Source: Candidatus Parcubacteria bacterium (GTDB lineage Bacteria > Patescibacteriota > Minisyncoccia > Phycocordibacterales > UBA918). Taken from it: DNA of 64,000 nt. The position numbers and the translations under genes were made by a program. The stretch lies in contig JBJOPW010000001.1 in the NCBI GenBank assembly GCA_046050355.1, positions 67,858 through 131,857 on the forward strand. Direction: 5' to 3'. Positions 58,657 to 64,000 of the stretch are shown one piece after another (the first letter of the stretch is position 1; every line of letters starts with the position of its first letter). The notes beneath the pieces were generated by a model, which saw only the letters and a list, made by a program, of their open reading frames with translations, was not told the DNA's origin and ran no database searches.

Positions 58657-60627
58657 CTAGCCGGTCCAGTTGAAGAGGAGAATCGAGAAGTCCGTCAAAT
58701 TCACCTTACCGTCCTGACTAATATCCGCGGGCGGATTGGAGTCGCCACCATCAGTACTCCACCAGAAAAGGAGAATAGAAAAGTCGGTGAGGTTCACCTT
58801 ACCATCACGATTGAGATCAGAATTATTACCCGCTGCTTGTGATGGCCCACCGACTCCATAGAGGGTGTACTGTGAGAAGTTTGATGTCAGTGTACCATCA
58901 ACTGCTCTCGCACGTACTTTGTAGGTGCCATTACTAAATCCACTGGTATCCACTGGTGTTGACCACGCCCCACTACTATTAGCGGTAACGGTGTATGACT
59001 TGCGTGACGCGGTGTTTTTGTCCTTTTCATTCTCAATGGTAACCTGAGCATTCGGGAAAGTATAGCCAGAAATCGTCAATGCTTGTCCGGGATTAACTGG
59101 ATTCGGTGAAACCAGAATCGAAGGCGGAATATTGATATTACTGAGAGCAGATTCACGAGCTCCGGCCACGGTAAAGGAAGTACTGAAGGTTGAAGACTTC
59201 GTCCCCGCTTGATCGGTGGCATAGATGCCAAAGGTGTATGCACCCCGAGCGATTTTGTCCACGGTGGCAGTATACGAACCATCATTGGTAGCGTTGGCAG
59301 TTACCGCTGCTTTGCCGTCAACGAGCACCGTTATCTTTGCTCGTGGCGAAGCATAACCAGTGATCACCACTTGTCCATCACCACTACGGTACGGACCCGG
59401 AGCTGATTCGAATCCCCCGCCCCCGCCCCCGCCACTAGCGCCGCCACTACCACCCCCACCGCCACCGCCACTGCCGCCACCAGAACTACCTGAAGTACTA
59501 CCACCACCGGTAGCCGGTCCACCACTATTACCACTACCGGAACCACTTCCAGTGCCCCCATTACCGGTACCAGTACCTGAGCCGCTACCATTACCATTTT
59601 CGGTTGAGCTACCGGTCGGCTGGTTGCTCACGAAGAAGCTAATAAGGTAGTCGTCGGGGTTAGTGTTACCTTCATCATCACGGCACCGCACGTAAAAATC
59701 TTGTTGAGAATTGGGTGTCACCGCCACCACCTGAGAATGGAAGAGGAGGCCTGAGTTAGAGAAGACAGCGGACATAGTGTTGTAATCAGCGCCTGGACTG
59801 CGCGCAAAACGACAAAACGCAAACTCATCAGTTTCGAGACTAATCTCTACATTTAAGGTCGTGCCACCAACGGTCGAGGTAGGCTGACCATTAAACCGAA
59901 ATGGGGGAATGGCTTCCGTCGTATCGACGGGGGCGACACCGACTTGATCAACAAGGGCAATCAAAAAACCAGCATTGCCAATCTCGCTAGCGGTATTATC
60001 AAAAATACGCATAGCTACTTCATGAGTACCAACCGTTGATCCATTAGTAATGCCAGGAATATCTGCCGGGGTGGTAGTAGTGCCGGTTGTGGTACTAAAA
60101 CTCGTACCGCCGGTTTGTGCGAGTGTCGTATGATTACCGATTTTTAACTCGAGCAAACTACCCGCTGCAATTCCTGTGGTTTGGTTGAGACGATACCGGA
60201 TGAGCCCCGGCGTACCCGGGACAATATCAACCTTATCATCACTTGCCGATACGACTGAACCAACCTCACGTCGCACACCGTTGACTCGTAACTCGACATT
60301 ACGGAGCTCGGAAAACTGGGCACTGCCCGCGACTGTAAAGTCTGTTGGTGGTGTAATCTCTAGATAGCCCTCAGGTGGTATACCCGTATCAACCAAACGA
60401 AAAGACAAGGTATGATTTGCAGCCCTTGTCGGCGCTGACTGCGAAATAGTGTCTTTGTACTCCTTCACATTACGAGCAAACGAAAATTGTGGCGATACAA
60501 ACAAAAAACCAATGAAGCCAAGCCACAAAGTCAAAGCAATGACCAGACGCAACGGTCTCGTGATATGCATAGGTATATTGTACCTTGTGAGGATGAACAA
60601 AATGGGTGTTCTCCCACAGTTAAACAA
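58657..60627 (-). CDS. Membrane-anchored surface protein: beta-sandwich domains, long Gly/Ser-rich linker, Ig-like domain, C-terminal tandem dockerin
   Basis: N-terminal TM (LVIALTLWLGFIGFLFV). The ~70-aa linker GSGSGTGTGNGGTGSGSGSGNSGG...GGGGGGG. Ig-like domain YTATVDKIARGAYTFGIYATDQAGTKSS. C-terminus DLNRDGKVNLTDFSILLFWW...DISQDGKVNLTDFSILLFNWTG is nearly identical to the 24571 protein at both protein and nucleotide level. Confidence 0.75.
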   Translation of the reverse strand: MFNCGRTPILFILTRYNIPMHITRPLRLVIALTLWLGFIGFLFVSPQFSFARNVKEYKDTISQSAPTRAANHTLSFRLVDTGIPPEGYLEITPPTDFTVAGSAQFSELRNVELRVNGVRREVGSVVSASDDKVDIVPGTPGLIRYRLNQTTGIAAGSLLELKIGNHTTLAQTGGTSFSTTTGTTTTPADIPGITNGSTVGTHEVAMRIFDNTASEIGNAGFLIALVDQVGVAPVDTTEAIPPFRFNGQPTSTVGGTTLNVEISLETDEFAFCRFARSPGADYNTMSAVFSNSGLLFHSQVVAVTPNSQQDFYVRCRDDEGNTNPDDYLISFFVSNQPTGSSTENGNGSGSGTGTGNGGTGSGSGSGNSGGPATGGGSTSGSSGGGSGGGGGGGSGGASGGGGGGGFESAPGPYRSGDGQVVITGYASPRAKITVLVDGKAAVTANATNDGSYTATVDKIARGAYTFGIYATDQAGTKSSTFSTSFTVAGARESALSNINIPPSILVSPNPVNPGQALTISGYTFPNAQVTIENEKDKNTASRKSYTVTANSSGAWSTPVDTSGFSNGTYKVRARAVDGTLTSNFSQYTLYGVGGPSQAAGNNSDLNRDGKVNLTDFSILLFWWSTDGGDSNPPADISQDGKVNLTDFSILLFNWTG

Positions 60628-60636
60628 TGTTTGAAA

Positions 60637-62394
60637 CTACGTTTCAAGGAATCCTCCTGCTTGATGCGACCACAACCGAGCATACGTCCCACCAAACTGT
60701 AGCAGGCTATCGTGGGTCCCGTCTTCACTGATTTTACCTTCTTCGAGCACTATAATGCGATCCATCTCGCGGAGCGTGGAGAGGCGGTGAGCAATAGCGA
60801 TGACCGTCTTCCCTGCCATCAGTACATGGAGCGCCTTTTGAATTTCGACCTCACTTTCGCTATCAAGTGCTGAAGTCGCCTCGTCCAGCACGAGAATTGG
60901 CGCATCTTTGAGCATGGCGCGCGCAATCGCGATGCGCTGCTTTTGACCACCCGAGAGCTTTACACCACGCTCACCAACGAGGGTGTCGTAGCCCTGTGGT
61001 AGAGTCTCAATAAAGTCGTGGGCGTGCGCCTTTTTGGCCACCGCAATAACCTCTTCGTCGGTAACGTCTGGCTTCCCGTAGGCGATATTCTCACGAATAG
61101 TACGGTGGAATAAGGCCGGTTCTTGTGGCACTACCGCTATCGCGGCTCGTAGTGAATCTTGAGTCACGGCGGCGATATTTTGTCCATCAATTTCGATAGC
61201 ACCACTTTCGATATCGTATTGACGCAAGAGGAGCGACACAAAAGTACTCTTCCCAGCCCCTGATGGACCAACGAGACCAAGTCGCTGCCCGGCTGGGATA
61301 GTGAGCGAGAAGTCAGTAAACACTTCAGTACTTTCATGGTTAAACAACACTTGGTTAAAATCAATCTGTCCGTCTCTTACTTGCAGTGCTTTGGCGCCAA
61401 CCTGGTCAGTAACCGTATGTGGTTGGAGTATTTCTTTAAGACCTTCTTCGATGTTCCCATACTCACGAATAAAGCGATTGAGGGCCTGTCCGGTTGTAAT
61501 AAATAGATGTCCAACCCGTCCAAGGAGACCCAGAACGAGAACAAAAACACCAACGGATATCGCCTCTTCGCGCATCAGTATGTACAAGGTACTCAAAATG
61601 AGGGCTGTCATAAGAATGGCAAAAAGAGTATTCACCACCATGATGTTTTCGCCAAAAAATGATTGTTTAAGGTCACGCTTACTCCGCTCAGTAAAAAAAC
61701 CGGCCAAGCGCTGTAGTTCATTCTCGTATTGTGAAAAAAGACGAACTGCAGAAATGTTAGAGATGACATCCACCCCTTCACCACGCGACTTTGAGGCTGA
61801 TTCTGCGTAATGGACAACGTACGGACGTCGACGTTTTACCGCGAGGATATTAAATATAAAAACCGCAATAGTAATGAGTAACAGAATTACGCCAATACGG
61901 AAATCAACACTAAAAAACAAAACTAAGGTAACTATCAAACCAACGAACTCAGAGAAAAATGTCCAAACAATTTGAAACATTAATCCTGCACTACTATCCA
62001 TAGCATTTGAGACCTTGTTTGAAAGTGCCCCAGCAAAGCGGTCACTGAAATAGGTGTGGCTATGTTTGGCCAGATAGCCATACAAAATATTGTAGCCATC
62101 TTGGTGGAACTTTATAATCCAGTAAATGAGGGTGTAGCCACTAAGACGATAGAATATGAGATGAGCAGCATACAGAGCCAAAAATAATCCACCCCAAAAG
62201 ACCACCGTGTTGGCTTGGTCAACTTGGTTTTGAGCTTGCGAGAATCGCTCTACCAACTGTGCCGATACATAAAATATAAGAATATTCGCCAACTCAGCGG
62301 CCAGTACCAGTAACAAAGAAACTATTCCCAAGGTTTTGTAGCGGGAACTGATATACCATAAAAACTTTAATGGGGTGCGCGGAATCATAGACAC
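60637..62394 (-). CDS. ABC exporter, fused TMD-NBD (MsbA/multidrug-type)
   Basis: 585 aa. Six-TM N-terminal half, then Walker A GPSGAGKST, signature LSGGQKQRIAIARAM, Walker B ILVLDEATSALD and H-loop AIAHRLST. Confidence 0.85.
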   Translation of the reverse strand: MSMIPRTPLKFLWYISSRYKTLGIVSLLLVLAAELANILIFYVSAQLVERFSQAQNQVDQANTVVFWGGLFLALYAAHLIFYRLSGYTLIYWIIKFHQDGYNILYGYLAKHSHTYFSDRFAGALSNKVSNAMDSSAGLMFQIVWTFFSEFVGLIVTLVLFFSVDFRIGVILLLITIAVFIFNILAVKRRRPYVVHYAESASKSRGEGVDVISNISAVRLFSQYENELQRLAGFFTERSKRDLKQSFFGENIMVVNTLFAILMTALILSTLYILMREEAISVGVFVLVLGLLGRVGHLFITTGQALNRFIREYGNIEEGLKEILQPHTVTDQVGAKALQVRDGQIDFNQVLFNHESTEVFTDFSLTIPAGQRLGLVGPSGAGKSTFVSLLLRQYDIESGAIEIDGQNIAAVTQDSLRAAIAVVPQEPALFHRTIRENIAYGKPDVTDEEVIAVAKKAHAHDFIETLPQGYDTLVGERGVKLSGGQKQRIAIARAMLKDAPILVLDEATSALDSESEVEIQKALHVLMAGKTVIAIAHRLSTLREMDRIIVLEEGKISEDGTHDSLLQFGGTYARLWSHQAGGFLET

Positions 62395-62426
62395 CCACTA
62401 TATCACAGGCTTATTTTGGCCCGAAA

Positions 62427-63419
62427 TCACGTAAACAACGAGACAATCACAAAGTAGACGAGGAGTGTCATCACATCACGAATCACGGTCGCTACCGGAC
62501 CACTCGTCAGGGCTGGGTCATATTTGAGCTTCGTGGCCAAAAACGGGATAACAAGCGCGACTACCATGGCGAGGGTAAGGGTGGCCAAAATAGCAGTAAA
62601 TAAGAGTGATACGAGCTCGGGCGCCCCAAACCACCATGAGGTAATTCCACCCACCAGGATACCGAGGATGGTAGCGAGGGTGCCAGAGACAATCACCTCA
62701 CGCATAAAGTACTTGCGAAACCGAGCAAAATGTCCTAATTCTGGATCAAGGGCAATGGCCCGGACAAAAATAATCTCCGTCTGTGAACCCACCGCATCAG
62801 CGAGATATACGACGAGTGGAATAAATGCCACAATGAGGACATGGGCCGCTAGCGCCTCTTCAAAGCCCTGGACAATTGAAGCTGCTAGCAGGCCACCAAG
62901 GAGACCAAGAATGAGCCATGGCAGACGCTTCCGGATGTGGAGCAGTGGTGTACCGGACAATAATGAGTTCTGTGGGTCTTCAAAATTAGTGGCCCCCGCA
63001 TGCGCCAGTGCATCATGGATCCGACCATAATGGAGAATATCGCGCACTTTGTCTGGTGTGACCACTCCGAGGAGCCGTCCAGTGGCCTGATCTACCACTG
63101 GTACTGCTTTGAGATTGTGATTGATAGCAGTGAGGGCTACCTGTTCGGCCGGAAGTGTCGCTGGTACAGATACCAATGTGGCCTTAGCGGCCGCAGCGGC
63201 AATGGTATGGTGTGAATGCGTAAAAACTTCTTTTATTGATACAACACCGGTAAGTTTTCGATTGGCATCTACCAAGTAAACATAGGCCACACTCGAGTAA
63301 GACGAGGCGTGTCTGGAGAGCAGGATCACAATCTCACCAATCGTAGCCTTGGGTGAAATTACTGGAACATTTTCCACCATGCAGTCGGTGGCGGTCTTAC
63401 CCTTAAAACGATCAGACAT
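62427..63419 (-). CDS. mgtE: MgtE-family Mg2+ transporter, short form (CBS pair plus TM domain, no N-terminal domain)
   Basis: CBS-like segments (VYLVDANRKLTGVVSIKEV; AVPVVDQATGRLLGVVTPDKV) followed by the MgtE TM region (RLPWLILGLLGGLLAASIVQGFEE...FIPLV...DPALTSGPVATVIRDV). Confidence 0.75.
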   Translation of the reverse strand: MSDRFKGKTATDCMVENVPVISPKATIGEIVILLSRHASSYSSVAYVYLVDANRKLTGVVSIKEVFTHSHHTIAAAAAKATLVSVPATLPAEQVALTAINHNLKAVPVVDQATGRLLGVVTPDKVRDILHYGRIHDALAHAGATNFEDPQNSLLSGTPLLHIRKRLPWLILGLLGGLLAASIVQGFEEALAAHVLIVAFIPLVVYLADAVGSQTEIIFVRAIALDPELGHFARFRKYFMREVIVSGTLATILGILVGGITSWWFGAPELVSLLFTAILATLTLAMVVALVIPFLATKLKYDPALTSGPVATVIRDVMTLLVYFVIVSLFT

Positions 63420-63482
63420 AGCTAATCAGTATTATAGAGGGCGCTTTCTAAATAACCAACCCTCAGGCGTGTATTACCACCT

Positions 63483-63971
63483 CTATACAGACGGTATTGG
63501 TGTGGTGGTAGCGATTTGTAGTCGTCGCTCGCGGGCCCGGACATAGTCAAGGGCATAATTAAGCACAATGAGCACGAGGAGGATAAAAAGGATGGTGGTC
63601 AGTATAAAGGTTCCCGAATCCATTCCGGGTAACGGACTATTGTTGTTTAGGCCAACTTCTATCTCCCGCTCCGCTACGGCAAGTTCACGGGCATCGAGCT
63701 CACGGTCACGGGCAGTGAGAGCGGCTGTCATTTGGTTGAGCTCCGTTGGCGCCACCCCCACTGAGACACCAACCGCATTGGCTAGATACAGTTCGGTATT
63801 ATCGGCCAAACGAGCAGTCAATGGACTAAGGAGACCACCTTCAAAGACGAGCATAAGTGCTACCACCGCACTGGCAATACGCAATAGACTGTGGTACGTG
63901 GAATTGTATCCCATACACGTAGTATACACCTTAGGCAAACAGGATGAGAAGTCCAATAAAGAACAGTGCAC
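63483..63971 (-). CDS. Hypothetical membrane protein with a coiled-coil segment
   Basis: Two hydrophobic segments (IASAVVALMLVF; FILTTILFILLVLIVL) flank a charged helical region (ARDRELDARELAVAEREIEV). The start is uncertain. Confidence 0.4.
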   Translation of the reverse strand: MHCSLLDFSSCLPKVYTTCMGYNSTYHSLLRIASAVVALMLVFEGGLLSPLTARLADNTELYLANAVGVSVGVAPTELNQMTAALTARDRELDARELAVAEREIEVGLNNNSPLPGMDSGTFILTTILFILLVLIVLNYALDYVRARERRLQIATTTPIPSV

Positions 63972-64000
63972 TCACCGATAACATCACAAAGAAGATGAGG

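Noticed and set aside
59360-59650. Pro-rich 96-aa plus-strand ORF and apparent low-complexity tandem repeat
   Set aside because: It is the reverse complement of the Gly/Ser-rich linker coding region of the dockerin gene 58657..60627, not an independent gene or CRISPR-like array.

Overview
This 64 kb window is almost entirely coding, and nearly every gene lies on the minus strand as one long co-directional array. The only plus-strand genes are a RAYT/IS200-like transposase at 1214..1849 and an HD-domain hydrolase at 23826..24419. Recognisable housekeeping genes are the UvrB N-terminus (runs off the window at position 1), tRNA-guanine transglycosylase, an FKBP-type PPIase, CapA-like, an AI-2E transporter, a MacB/FtsX permease with its ABC ATPase, a MsbA-like ABC exporter, an MgtE-like Mg transporter and an Hsp20. 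The rest, about 45 kb, is a cell-surface protein island. It contains a 7456-aa gene (33751..56121) and a 2053-aa gene (10174..16335), both N-terminally membrane-anchored and Thr/Ser-rich with repeated beta-sandwich modules. It also contains many single-pass membrane or secreted proteins. The main point of interest is what looks like a non-cellulosomal cohesin-dockerin surface assembly system. Three proteins end in canonical tandem dockerin calcium-binding repeats (18038..18793, 24571..25677, 58657..60627). Four paralogous membrane-anchored proteins carry a shared cohesin-like module (18038, 19478, 21195, 56211). A 631-bp intergenic region (28601..29231) holds two tandem ~150-nt repeat units whose three helices are preserved by compensatory base changes, which suggests a duplicated structured ncRNA, followed by a minus-strand intrinsic terminator. 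Paralogous hairpins with covariation also sit in the 3' UTRs of two dockerin genes. REP-like palindromes (GACGAGG-N5-CCTCGTC) flank and lie inside the low-GC RAYT gene, with another copy at 28716. The tgt product appears to lack the zinc-binding CxCxxC cysteines, and a TlpA-like thioredoxin has SxxS in place of CxxC. The weak Shine-Dalgarno context, TTG start codons, short intergenic spacers and dominance of giant surface proteins fit a small-genome, Patescibacteria/CPR-like or similar bacterium, but the taxon cannot be proven from sequence alone.
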